Positions 1 through 9,135 of a stretch of DNA of 64,000 nt are shown piece after piece. The notes under the pieces are model-generated. The model was not told the origin of the DNA. It saw nothing but the letters and a program-made list of their open reading frames with translations, and searched no databases. The stretch is from Candidatus Magasanikiibacteriota bacterium (GTDB lineage Bacteria > Patescibacteriota > Patescibacteriia > Magasanikbacterales > 2-02-FULL-50-9b): assembly GCA_903893485.1 (NCBI GenBank), contig CAITMK010000012.1:83469-147468 (forward strand), in the 5' to 3' direction. The translations under genes and the position numbers were made by a program. Every line of letters begins with the position of its first letter. Positions within the stretch are counted from its first letter, which is position 1.

Positions 1-16
1 CGCGGGGTCGTCACGT

Positions 17-63
17 CCTTCAGCTGCTGCACCCACACGGGCGCGGCGGTTGAAGGCTTTTTT
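17..63 (+). terminator. Intrinsic terminator of a gene upstream of the window
   Basis: CCTTCAGC...GGTTGAAGG stem followed by a T-run. Confidence 0.6.
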
Positions 64-139
64 ATTTCTGGCATTTTTTTGGCGCACATGTTAAATTGGC
101 GCCAGTCCAAAGTGGACGACTGAGAGATGGGGAGGGGAA

Positions 140-706
140 ATGAAAACGCTGAAGTGGTTTTTTGTGTTGTGTGTATTTGCACTTGTGGCCGTGGCGTGTG
201 AAAAGCAGGCTGCGTCGCAAACAGCGGGATACAACTGTGACGACTACACGGATCCCAATGAACCTCAGGTGGCAAAGCTGACGGGTAAGCTCGCGGAGCT
301 GCTCGACGAAAGCTATCATGGGACGGTCGTACGTCTCTCGGCCAAAGAGGTCGTTGATCTGCCAACGCCGCAGACGTGCGCGTACAGCAAATTCCAGAAC
401 ATCGGCACGTACAAAGATCCGGATGGCGTTTACCAATTCGCGGTGCTGGACGCCAACGACTGGGTGATTCCGGTGCTCACGTCGGCGGGCGCCATGTATC
501 AGATCTTGGTTCCGGCAAATGACGGCACGCACGATGCCTTTCGTGTTTATGTGCCAAAGATCGAGTTGGTCATGCAGCCAGAAGAAGCTGAGTGGTACAA
601 AAATTGGCGTGAGCCAGGGAGTCCACTCAGCGATATCTCGTTTGACTTTCGGTCCGTCAGCGCGGCGCAGTGCTCGGACTTGCACATTCCGCCGCGGGTG
701 AAGTAG
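140..706 (+). CDS. Hypothetical lipoprotein
   Basis: 188 aa ORF; GGAGGGG SD upstream; signal peptide ending in lipobox-like LVAVAC. Confidence 0.75.
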   Translation: MKTLKWFFVLCVFALVAVACEKQAASQTAGYNCDDYTDPNEPQVAKLTGKLAELLDESYHGTVVRLSAKEVVDLPTPQTCAYSKFQNIGTYKDPDGVYQFAVLDANDWVIPVLTSAGAMYQILVPANDGTHDAFRVYVPKIELVMQPEEAEWYKNWREPGSPLSDISFDFRSVSAAQCSDLHIPPRVK

Positions 707-752
707 GTCAGGGATTCAAGTCAGGTCAGTTCAAGAGGCGCAAGCTTCGTGG

Positions 753-790
753 ACATGCCCGCCGATCAACCGATCGGGGGGTGTTTTTTT
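753..790 (+). terminator. Intrinsic terminator after the lipoprotein gene
   Basis: CCGATC-aacc-GATCGG hairpin with GC extension, then T7. Confidence 0.65.
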
Positions 791-822
791 ATTTGGAGAT
801 TCGCAGAGTTTTATTTTTATTT

Positions 823-965
823 AATGCTTTCTCTGGTTTGTTGAGGAGCATCCGCAGGCGAGCCAGCACGGTTTTTTGGCGATGCCAAAAATGGCTCGCC
901 GAGGTCGAGCGCAAAAGTGCGCTGGCACTTTTGACGCGTCTCCGAGACAAGCTAGAGAAAGCATT
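823..965. repeat. Branched inverted-repeat element (ncRNA-, MITE- or REP-like; unassigned)
   Basis: 19-bp closing stem 823-841/947-965 with two G.U pairs; internal stems GGCGAGCCA/TGGCTCGCC, TTTTTGGC/GCCAAAAA, CAAAAGTGC/GCACTTTTG. Confidence 0.6.
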
Positions 966-992
966 GCATTTAATAATAAAATTCGCTAAAGT
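964..992 (+). promoter_or_regulatory. Putative sigma70 promoter of valS
   Basis: TTGCAT-17bp-TAAAGT. Confidence 0.5.
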
Positions 993-1014
993 ACATCTAC
1001 TAACTTCAGCTGAT

Positions 1015-4000
1015 ATGTCAGAAATGCCAAAGGCCTACGAGCCACAACAATTTGAAGATTCAATTTACGCCCGCTGGGAAGAATCCGGCGCGTTTATTCC
1101 AGAAAATTTGCCTGATTTTGCAACGCGCAAACCGTACACCATTATGCTGCCGCCGCCAAACGCAACGGGCACACTGCATGTGGGGCATTCAACCATGTTG
1201 GCCGTGCAAGACGCGCTGATTCGGTTTAATCGCATGAATGGCAAGCGCGCACTGTGGCTTCCGGGTACGGACCACGCGGCTTTGGCGACTCAAAATAAAG
1301 TTGAAAAAGATTTATTTAAAAACGAAAAAATAACGCGTCATGATTTAGGTCGCGAAGAATTGCTGAAGCGTATTGATGTGTTCGTAGAAAAAAATCGTGA
1401 CCGCATGACATTTCAAATGCGCAAAATGGGTTCGTCTCTCGATTGGTCGCGTGAAGCATTTACACTCGATGAGCCTCGTTCACGCGCGGTGCGTTTGGTG
1501 TTCAAACAAATGTTTGATGATAAATTAATTTATCGTGGCAATCGCGTGATTAACTGGTGTTCACGCTGCGCCTCAACGTTGTCGGATGACGAGCTCGGAA
1601 CCAAAACGCGCAAAGCAGTTTTGTATTCTTTCAAGTACGCCAAAGATTTTCCAATCACGATTGCATCAACGCAGCCAGAAACCAAATTGGGTGATACTGG
1701 TGTTGCGGTGTATCCGGGCGACGCACGCTACGAAGCACTTGTTGGAAAAACAATTGATGTGGATTTCGGCGGGCAGGGTGGATCGAAATTAAAAATTCAG
1801 ATCATTGCAGATCACGGTGTTGAAAAAGATTTTGGCACGGGCGCGCTTGGTGTAACACCGGCGCACAGCATGGTGGATTACGCACTCGCGATGAATCATA
1901 ATTTGCCACTTGTACAAATTATTGGCGAGGACGGCCTTATGACAGCTGCTGCTGGCAGCGCATACGAAGGACTCACGATTGCAGAGGCTCGTGAGAAAGT
2001 GGTGGCATGGCTGCGCGCAGAAAACTTAATTGAAAAAGAAGAAGAGATTGAACAAAATGTTCCAATCTGTGAACGATGCGAAACAGAAATAACACCGCTG
2101 CCAAAATTGCAGTGGTTTGTAAGCGTGGAAAACAAATTTGCATTTCGCGAATCAACGCGTGCGCCAGTTGCAGGCATTGCTGCAGGCTCACAAATCTCGC
2201 TCAAGGATTCAATGCGCCACGTTGTTGAAACAAAACAAATTAAAATTGTTCCAGAGCGTTTCGAAAAAACATATTTTCATTGGATCAATAATTTGCGCGA
2301 TTGGTGCATCTCTCGTCAGTTGTGGTACGGGCATCGCATTCCTGTGTGGTATTGCGCCGCGCCAAAAACAGAAAAATGTGCCGAAGCAGTTTGTTCCATC
2401 GAAGACATTTCAGTTTGTCAGCATTGTGGCGGCGTTGCAGAACAGGACCCAGATGTTTTGGACACCTGGTTTTCTTCGGGTATGTGGACATTCACCACAC
2501 TCGGTTGGCCATACACGCGTGTAATTTTTGTGCGTCATGGTGAAGCAGAAACAAATGTTGGTGATTTTTTAAATTCCGACGCTACAAAAGAGTATCATCT
2601 TACCGAGACTGGCCGCGCGCAAGTCGTGGCAACCGCAGAAAAATTAAAATTACAACACGTTGATGCAATTTTTGCATCGCCACTTTTGCGCACACAAGAA
2701 ACTGCAAAAATAATTTCTGATGCACTCGGATTGCCCGTAACCACCGAAGAATGTATTCGTGAAGCAGGGATGGGCGAGTTTGAAGGAAAGCTTACTGCAG
2801 AATTTGAGGCAATCATGGGCGATCGCGGTAATCCAGCAAACTGGATGCATTCGTCGCCAGGTGGCGCAGAAACATTTCAGGCGATTCGCGAAAGAACGCA
2901 TGGATTTTTAGATGAACTTATTAAAACACATACGGGTAAAACTATTGTGGTTGTTTCACATGGTGATCCAATCTGGGCAGCAGCATCGTTTGGAAAAAGT
3001 GGGGTGCTTTGGGATTCTGAGTATCCACAACGAGGTAGTTTTTACGTTCGTGAATTTGATACAACCGGTTCGCAAGTTGGCGACCTCAACACGTATCACC
3101 CAACCGATGTATTGGAAACTGGCTACGATATTATTTTTCAATGGGTTGCGCGCATGATTTTAATGTCCACGTACGCGCTTGGCGAGGTGCCATTCAAAAA
3201 CGTATATTTGCACGGCATGGTGCGTGACGAACAGGGCCGCAAAATGTCCAAGTCGCTTGGCAATGTGTTGGATCCGCTCGATGTGATTCCAAAATATGGC
3301 ACCGACGCAGTGCGCCTCGCGCTGCTCATCGGCCAGACGCCAGGCAACGACTTAAAAGTTTCCGAAGAAAAAATTGCAGGTTTCCGTAATTTCACCAACA
3401 AGCTGTGGAATATTTCGCGATTTATTTTGTCACAAGATGCAGCGTCACATTTGGTTTTGCGCGCCGACATCGACGACGAGTTGCTCACCACCATGGACAA
3501 GTGGATTTTGTCGCGCTTAGCTGGCGTTACCAAAACGGTTACCGAATCACTGCAAACATTTGCATTTTCGCGCGCCGGCGAAGCACTGCGCGATTTCACG
3601 TGGAATGAATTGGCAGATTGGTATTTGGAAGGCGCCAAAGTTGAGGGCGAAAAAGCAGAAATTTTGCAATACATTTTGCAGAATTTGCTGAAGCTGTGGC
3701 ATCCATACATGCCGTTTGTAACCGAAGCAATTTGGCAAAGCGCGTATGCATCTGGCGAAAAGGATTTTCTGATGATTGCAAAATGGCCAGACGAAACTAG
3801 CATGCCGTTGTACCCAGAAGCAGAAAAAGATTTTGCGCACGTACAAAATGTGATCGTGGCAATTCGTGCGCTGCGCACTGAGTACAAAATTGATGCAAAA
3901 GAAATAGTGCCCGTAACGATTATTACCAAATACAAAAGCACGCTTGCACAAATGCAACCAGTGATCGAACGCCTTGCGCGCGCTACATTATTATTCGCCG

Positions 4001-4269
4001 ATGCGGCACCAGCCGGCCAGCTTGCAACCGTGATTGAAGAGGGAACAATTACGATTCCAAAACCTGAGGCTGCAAATAACTCAGACGAACGCGGCGCGCT
4101 GGAAGCGGAAAAAGAAAATGTTGCACAATACATCGCAACGCTCGCAGCAAAATTAGCCAATGAAGATTTCTTGGCACGGGCGCCAGCGGCGGTGGTTGAA
4201 AAGGAGCAGGGCAAGTTACGCGAAGCGCGGGAAAAGCTGGCTGCGATTGAAGATCGGCTTGGCGCATAA
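1015..4269 (+). CDS. valS: Valine--tRNA ligase with inserted histidine phosphatase domain
   Basis: PPPNATGTLHVGH, GTDHA, DWCISRQLWYGHRIP, DTWFSS, KMSKS, C-terminal coiled coil; start moved from 670 to ATG 1015 (MSEMPKAYEP). Confidence 0.97.
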   Translation: MSEMPKAYEPQQFEDSIYARWEESGAFIPENLPDFATRKPYTIMLPPPNATGTLHVGHSTMLAVQDALIRFNRMNGKRALWLPGTDHAALATQNKVEKDLFKNEKITRHDLGREELLKRIDVFVEKNRDRMTFQMRKMGSSLDWSREAFTLDEPRSRAVRLVFKQMFDDKLIYRGNRVINWCSRCASTLSDDELGTKTRKAVLYSFKYAKDFPITIASTQPETKLGDTGVAVYPGDARYEALVGKTIDVDFGGQGGSKLKIQIIADHGVEKDFGTGALGVTPAHSMVDYALAMNHNLPLVQIIGEDGLMTAAAGSAYEGLTIAEAREKVVAWLRAENLIEKEEEIEQNVPICERCETEITPLPKLQWFVSVENKFAFRESTRAPVAGIAAGSQISLKDSMRHVVETKQIKIVPERFEKTYFHWINNLRDWCISRQLWYGHRIPVWYCAAPKTEKCAEAVCSIEDISVCQHCGGVAEQDPDVLDTWFSSGMWTFTTLGWPYTRVIFVRHGEAETNVGDFLNSDATKEYHLTETGRAQVVATAEKLKLQHVDAIFASPLLRTQETAKIISDALGLPVTTEECIREAGMGEFEGKLTAEFEAIMGDRGNPANWMHSSPGGAETFQAIRERTHGFLDELIKTHTGKTIVVVSHGDPIWAAASFGKSGVLWDSEYPQRGSFYVREFDTTGSQVGDLNTYHPTDVLETGYDIIFQWVARMILMSTYALGEVPFKNVYLHGMVRDEQGRKMSKSLGNVLDPLDVIPKYGTDAVRLALLIGQTPGNDLKVSEEKIAGFRNFTNKLWNISRFILSQDAASHLVLRADIDDELLTTMDKWILSRLAGVTKTVTESLQTFAFSRAGEALRDFTWNELADWYLEGAKVEGEKAEILQYILQNLLKLWHPYMPFVTEAIWQSAYASGEKDFLMIAKWPDETSMPLYPEAEKDFAHVQNVIVAIRALRTEYKIDAKEIVPVTIITKYKSTLAQMQPVIERLARATLLFADAAPAGQLATVIEEGTITIPKPEAANNSDERGALEAEKENVAQYIATLAAKLANEDFLARAPAAVVEKEQGKLREAREKLAAIEDRLGA

Positions 4270-4275
4270 GCGGCA

Positions 4276-4304
4276 TTGACTTTTTACCAAAAATCCCGTA
4301 GGGT
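4276..4304 (+). promoter_or_regulatory. Putative sigma70 promoter
   Basis: TTGACT-17bp-TAGGGT. Confidence 0.5.
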
Positions 4305-4332
4305 GGCTGAAGCGCCACCCTTTTTGGCGTAA

Positions 4333-5226
4333 ATGAGGTCTTTGATGAATTTGTATATTCGCTTTGACAGTGCATCGTCGGGCGCTTTTACCAATCTGCA
4401 CATCCTCGGCGGGGCTGAGGCCACCGTCAATGGCGAGCCGTTCGATGCCATGAATGAAACGCATCTCATGGAGGCGCTGAAGCTTGTGAAACTGCCGCGC
4501 AACGTGCGGCGCGGCCTTCTGAAAGTCGGGTTTTTCAAGCCCGATGAGCCGCATCTTGGAGATCCGAATGATCGCGTGATCGACTTCACGCACGCGATCG
4601 GGACTCCCGAAGGTGATTTCGAACCACTTGCGCCGCACACGGTGCGGGCACGCACGACGGCCAACATCGCCGTGGTGCGCAATCCCCGCAAGGGATCGAT
4701 GCAGTTCGCGGCGCGTGCCTCGGATTCCTGGATTGGCGTTTTGCGCGTTTACGCGCTTGGTCGCATCCAGCCGGTGGCCATGTTTTTCATCCATTTGGGT
4801 CGCGGCTGCGTGCTGCCACGGCAGGGCGGCAAGAGCGTCTTCGAGACCATCAAACAGTGGTGCCTCGATCAGGAGTTGGGCATCGTGCGGTCGGAGCTGA
4901 CGATTTCGGGTGGCATTGGCCCGTGCTGCTACCGGTTTGAGGACGCCACCAAGCTGAAGGGAGAAGTTTTCGCGCGTTACGGCGAAACGGGCGAGCGGAT
5001 CATCGGCAAATCCGGCGACGACCCCCGCGACTCGTTCGACATGCACGGCTTGATCCGCGAGGAGTTCGAAGGTGTGTTTGGGAAGATCCCTGAGCATCTC
5101 ATTCAGGTGTTCCAGGAACCGACCTTCTGCTGTGCGTGCCATCCTGCGGAGGGCAGCGATTTTGCGCTGAACTCCCAGGTGCGCTCGAAAAAAACGCGCC
5201 GCGACCTGTACCTCGTGGAAGTGTAA
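4333..5226 (+). CDS. Divergent YfiH/PgeF (laccase-domain/purine nucleoside phosphorylase)-like protein
   Basis: GIGPCCY, IHLGRG (HAGWRG-like), ASDS (TADC-like), C-terminal CCACH; start may be ATG 4345 after GAGG. Confidence 0.65.
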   Translation: MRSLMNLYIRFDSASSGAFTNLHILGGAEATVNGEPFDAMNETHLMEALKLVKLPRNVRRGLLKVGFFKPDEPHLGDPNDRVIDFTHAIGTPEGDFEPLAPHTVRARTTANIAVVRNPRKGSMQFAARASDSWIGVLRVYALGRIQPVAMFFIHLGRGCVLPRQGGKSVFETIKQWCLDQELGIVRSELTISGGIGPCCYRFEDATKLKGEVFARYGETGERIIGKSGDDPRDSFDMHGLIREEFEGVFGKIPEHLIQVFQEPTFCCACHPAEGSDFALNSQVRSKKTRRDLYLVEV

Positions 5227-5240
5227 CCACCGCCGCTACA

Positions 5241-5297
5241 ACTCTGACCGCTCACGTTCTATTCGGAATGCGTGAGCGGTCGGGGTTCTTTTTTTTT
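5241..5297 (+). terminator. Intrinsic terminator
   Basis: GACCGCTCACG...CGTGAGCGGTC stem plus T9. Confidence 0.8.
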
Positions 5298-5314
5298 GCC
5301 GCAGGCGCAAAAAT

Positions 5315-5356
5315 AAAAATCCACCTGGAGCCCGCGCGGATGCGTGGGGCAGGTGG
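5315..5356 (-). terminator. Terminator hairpin, copy 1 of a 42-bp repeat
   Basis: CCACCTG...CAGGTGG stem with U-tract on the minus strand; 40/42 identical to 5960-6001. Confidence 0.75.
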
Positions 5357-5384
5357 GGCGTGTAGCAGGCGGCGTGGCGCCGGC

Positions 5385-5864
5385 CTATTCGGGGTTGGTG
5401 TCCAGGAAGGCGCTAAACAGCTCGAAGAGTGCAGTGAACACATCTGTCGGGTTGATCAGCAATCCGTTCTGGCCGATGTGTCGCTTCATCCACGACCGCA
5501 AGGAGCGCGGCGGCTCAAGCGACGAGATCATGAAGCGCATGATTGACCATTGCGCATCATCACTACATTCCAGCATGAGCGAATTCGCCATTTCGGGCTC
5601 GTCGCGCTTCATCCAGGTGAATGACACGCAGAAGCCGCAGTAGATCGTCGCGCGACGGTGGATCGAAATGCTGTGTCTGCACGCGTAACCGTGCTTCACG
5701 AGTGAAAAAATCGAGGCGTGTGGATCCTCGCTGTTTTTCCAGTCAGCATCCGGCCAAAGGCGCAATTGTTTCAGGGCATCCTCGAGCGTTTTTTGGGCGC
5801 GCAAGGTTTTTTCCGTCAGCGCAAATTGCTGCGGAGACGGGATGGTATGGGTCGTTGTGCTCAT
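5385..5864 (-). CDS. Hypothetical protein (orphan cassette)
   Basis: GGAGG 5 nt before ATG 5864; promoter TTGACA(5922-5917)-17-TAGCTT; own terminator. Confidence 0.7.
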   Translation of the reverse strand: MSTTTHTIPSPQQFALTEKTLRAQKTLEDALKQLRLWPDADWKNSEDPHASIFSLVKHGYACRHSISIHRRATIYCGFCVSFTWMKRDEPEMANSLMLECSDDAQWSIMRFMISSLEPPRSLRSWMKRHIGQNGLLINPTDVFTALFELFSAFLDTNPE

Positions 5865-5959
5865 GGGTTCCTCCGGGTTGAGAGCTTGGTAATAAGCTAC
5901 CATAATTTTCGATATTTGTCAAGCATCTTAGAGTGTTGCTTGGACGATTGAATTGATAA

Positions 5960-6001
5960 AAAAATCCACCTGGAGCCTACGCGGATGCGTGGGGCAGGTG
6001 G
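5960..6001 (-). terminator. Terminator hairpin, copy 2 of a 42-bp repeat
   Basis: Near-identical to 5315-5356. Confidence 0.75.
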
Positions 6002-6021
6002 TGAGCGATAAGCGTCTTCGA

Positions 6022-6696
6022 CTAGGTGTTCAACTTGTCGAAAAGCTGTTGCAGATGCTGGCCGTGATTGTGCTCGACGAACGTCGTCCAATTCTTGAGG
6101 CGATCGACATTGCCGAGCGCGTAGTAATGGTTCGAACGAGTGAACACGGCATCTCCGTCTGTTTTGGTATTGCAGTGACCGAGGTGTGTTAAGCTCACGA
6201 TGTGTTCCATTGAGAGTTTAAACCGTCGAATTCTCGATAGTTCGCTGTTTGGATCGACCATTTCCGCGCTGCCATCTTCGTCAATCCTCAGCTGGCCGCA
6301 ACGAGGCTCCTCGGCAACGTGCAGCTTCAAGCTCCAGGGCGCGGCCTTGGGTAGTTCATAGGCCATCAAGATGTGGAGCGAAAGTTCGATCGAGTCCCAC
6401 AAATCACCAACTGAATGATTGCAGCGGATGAACAGTGCCTTGCTTGCAATCGCCGCGTCGAGATCACTCAGCAATTTGCTGAGGTCGGTCGCGCGCTCAC
6501 GATAGCCTTCGAACGAACGATGGTCGTCGAGCGTGTGCCACAGCAGCACTGCATCAAGCACCTTGTCGCCAGTCGTGGCGCCCATGAGCAGCTTGTCGTG
6601 CAAACGCCGCCGCCGCTTGTACTGCCTCACGGCAGCCGAGCTCAGTCGCACTTCAACATTGCGGATCGTATTCAGAGAACGTTGCGTGATTGACAT
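6022..6696 (-). CDS. Hypothetical protein (orphan cassette)
   Basis: GGAGGG 8 nt before ATG 6696; TTGACA at 6753-6748; own terminator. Confidence 0.7.
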   Translation of the reverse strand: MSITQRSLNTIRNVEVRLSSAAVRQYKRRRRLHDKLLMGATTGDKVLDAVLLWHTLDDHRSFEGYRERATDLSKLLSDLDAAIASKALFIRCNHSVGDLWDSIELSLHILMAYELPKAAPWSLKLHVAEEPRCGQLRIDEDGSAEMVDPNSELSRIRRFKLSMEHIVSLTHLGHCNTKTDGDAVFTRSNHYYALGNVDRLKNWTTFVEHNHGQHLQQLFDKLNT

Positions 6697-6796
6697 TGCT
6701 TGGGCCCTCCATTGGCCTGGGAGCATTTAATCATGAGAGTGTGCGATTGTCAATCCTCCCGCTTTCCGCTATTATGGCTTTATATCGAACGTTTTT

Positions 6797-8005
6797 ATGG
6801 CTCAAATCTCAACCGACAAGAAAAAAATTGCAGAATTGCTGGATCGTGGCGTTGCCGAAGTTATTGTGCGCGAGGATTTGGAAAAGAAATTGGCAAGCGG
6901 CCAGCAGCTGCGCGTGAAATTGGGTATTGATCCAACGTCGCCGAATTTGCATCTGGGTCGCTCGATTCCGCTGCTCAAGTTGCGCGACTTCCAGCAGCTC
7001 GGCCACAAAATTGTTTTTATTGTTGGTGATTTTACGGGCATTATTGGTGACACGTCGGACAAAGACGCGGAGCGCCCGATGCTGACCGAAGAAACGATCG
7101 CGAAAAATTTGGAAACCTACGTGGCGCAGGCCGGCAAAATTATTAATTTGGACGAGGCGGAGATTCATTTTAATTCCGCATGGCTCGGCAAACTCGGCTT
7201 CAAGGAAATCGGCGAGCTCGCAAACATTTTTAGTGTCGCGGAATTTGTGGCGCGCGAAAATATCGCCAAGCGCCTGGACACCGGCAAGCGCGTGAGCCTG
7301 CGCGAAATGCTGTACCCGCTCATGCAGGGGTACGATTCCGTTGCGGTGAAGGCAGACGTTGAGCTCGGCGGCACGGACCAGCGATTTAATGTTTTGGCGG
7401 GCCGCACCATTCAGCCGCACTACGGCCAGGCGGCGCAGAATATTGTTTTGAATCCGCTGATTAACGGGTTGGATGGGCGCAAGATGTCGAGCAGTTGGGG
7501 GAATGCGATTAATTTATTGGATGCGCCGGCGGATATGTACGGCAAAGTGATGTCGTTGCTCGACGAATTGGTTTTGGAATATTTTATGTGCGCGACGCGT
7601 GTGGAGATGGCGGAAATTACTGCGATGCAGGAGCAATTGGCTGGCGGCACAAATCCGCGTGATCTGAAAATGCGTTTGGGTCGCGAATTGGTAACGATGT
7701 ACCATGGTGCGGATGCTGCAGCGGCAGCCGAGGAACATTTTAAAACTGTGCACCAGCAAGGCGGCGTGCCGGAGGATATTCCAGAAATGAAAGTCGATTG
7801 GACGCAGGCGCCACTCGTGGATGTTTTAGTTGAATCAAAATTGTGTTCAAGCAAATCCGACGCCCGCCGCCAGATTACGGAAGGTGGTGTGAAGGTTGAT
7901 GGCGTTGTGGTTGAGGATGTCGGGGCGATGGTTGATTTGAGTGGAAAGAGCGAAGGCGTTTTGGTGCAGAAGGGGAAGAGATGGTTTGTGAAAATAGTGT
8001 CTTGA
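6797..8005 (+). CDS. tyrS: Tyrosine--tRNA ligase
   Basis: GIDPTSPNLHLGR, YPLMQGYD, GGTDQ, KMSSS, C-terminal S4 domain. Confidence 0.97.
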   Translation: MAQISTDKKKIAELLDRGVAEVIVREDLEKKLASGQQLRVKLGIDPTSPNLHLGRSIPLLKLRDFQQLGHKIVFIVGDFTGIIGDTSDKDAERPMLTEETIAKNLETYVAQAGKIINLDEAEIHFNSAWLGKLGFKEIGELANIFSVAEFVARENIAKRLDTGKRVSLREMLYPLMQGYDSVAVKADVELGGTDQRFNVLAGRTIQPHYGQAAQNIVLNPLINGLDGRKMSSSWGNAINLLDAPADMYGKVMSLLDELVLEYFMCATRVEMAEITAMQEQLAGGTNPRDLKMRLGRELVTMYHGADAAAAAEEHFKTVHQQGGVPEDIPEMKVDWTQAPLVDVLVESKLCSSKSDARRQITEGGVKVDGVVVEDVGAMVDLSGKSEGVLVQKGKRWFVKIVS

Positions 8006-8007
8006 AT

Positions 8008-8289
8008 ATGGCCTCCGAAGATTACGATAAAGCAAAACAAATCGTCAAAGATTATACACTTGGAAAAGTCAGTGGAGAAGATAATAAATTACGAGCAGCT
8101 TGCGCCTTGTTAGAATCTGAAACTTTTACTCTGATTGAGAAAGCGATTAGAGATGGGATTGATTCGAATGAATTGCTCGCCAAGTCTAACCAGGTATATT
8201 CCGACAGAATGCGTACATTAACATTTGCGCTTGTCCTGATCGGAGCTATACAAATCATAGTTTCCGTTACCGGATTATTTTTAAAATAG
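8008..8289 (+). CDS. Small hypothetical membrane protein (AT-rich islet)
   Basis: ATG 2 nt after the tyrS stop; C-terminal hydrophobic helix. Confidence 0.6.
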   Translation: MASEDYDKAKQIVKDYTLGKVSGEDNKLRAACALLESETFTLIEKAIRDGIDSNELLAKSNQVYSDRMRTLTFALVLIGAIQIIVSVTGLFLK

Positions 8290-8292
8290 AGT

Positions 8293-9123
8293 ATGTACTT
8301 AATTCTTCTCGCAATCAGTTTTGTTTTAGCTCAGGTTATAGCTCGCGGACTTTTTGATAGAAATTGGAGAGTAAAAGCACAGGAAAATGTCGATAGCATT
8401 AAAAATGAAAAAATATTTTGGTACCTGATGAGTCAGAAAGTAAATGCGGAAAAAGTTTTTTCTGCTTATTTGAGGACGAGAAATCAAAAAGACACTATTA
8501 GGGTTGGCGATTGTGTAATGGACGAATCTTCCGATAAAAATAATTTAAGAGCAAATGATCTTGATATAAGCACAATCATCGAGGGTGATAATATCTGGGT
8601 GATCAATTCTGAATTGAATCCAAAAATAGAGCAGAAAGAAAAAACTATCGATGATTTGTTGACTGAAAACAGAGTCCTTTTTTCAGAGGAAGAAATTCGC
8701 AAAAGTTTCAAGGTATATTTTGATGAGCATTTTTGGAACATTGATGAAGTACAAAAAAACTATAATCAATTCATGATCAATCATCTCGATGCGCTTATAA
8801 AATGTGACAAGACGGGTTTGGGGATTTGGAAAGTTTTAAAGGATTTTTCAGTTAACGAGCACAAATTTGAATTCGATCGTTGGGGTGAAAAACATATTGA
8901 ATTTCTTGATTCTTTAAAATTGCTCCAAAATGATATAAAAAGTTTCGTGATATTTTTTATTTGTGAAAAAATTGAAAATCCTAAGACCCTAAAGAAGGTG
9001 CTTACAGAATGGCAGCAGTTACAAATGCTTAGATGGTGTGTGGTGGATTTTAGCTTGTGGGAAATTGGGAAGAATAAAATTCAGACAAGTGTGTGGCGGC
9101 TTACGACCTCTTTGTTTTTATAA
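8293..9123 (+). CDS. Hypothetical protein with N-terminal TM helix (AT-rich islet)
   Basis: 276 aa ORF tightly packed between neighbours. Confidence 0.65.
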   Translation: MYLILLAISFVLAQVIARGLFDRNWRVKAQENVDSIKNEKIFWYLMSQKVNAEKVFSAYLRTRNQKDTIRVGDCVMDESSDKNNLRANDLDISTIIEGDNIWVINSELNPKIEQKEKTIDDLLTENRVLFSEEEIRKSFKVYFDEHFWNIDEVQKNYNQFMINHLDALIKCDKTGLGIWKVLKDFSVNEHKFEFDRWGEKHIEFLDSLKLLQNDIKSFVIFFICEKIENPKTLKKVLTEWQQLQMLRWCVVDFSLWEIGKNKIQTSVWRLTTSLFL

Positions 9124-9135
9124 ATTTAACTAAAT

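Noticed and set aside
670-1014. 115-codon N-terminal extension of ValRS in the ORF track
   Set aside because: It crosses a terminator, the hairpin element and the promoter; ValRS homology starts at ATG 1015
800-1014. T-box riboswitch upstream of valS
   Set aside because: No T-box consensus or terminator before the start, and the structure lies upstream of the predicted promoter
4216-5142. Long antisense ORFs (also 62-685, 3138-4214, 15010-15699, 49483-50490)
   Set aside because: Shadows of better-supported genes on the opposite strand; no motifs or expression signals
5315-6001. Integron attC array or CRISPR
   Set aside because: Only two copies, about 600 bp apart; no attC core motifs, no intI or cas genes
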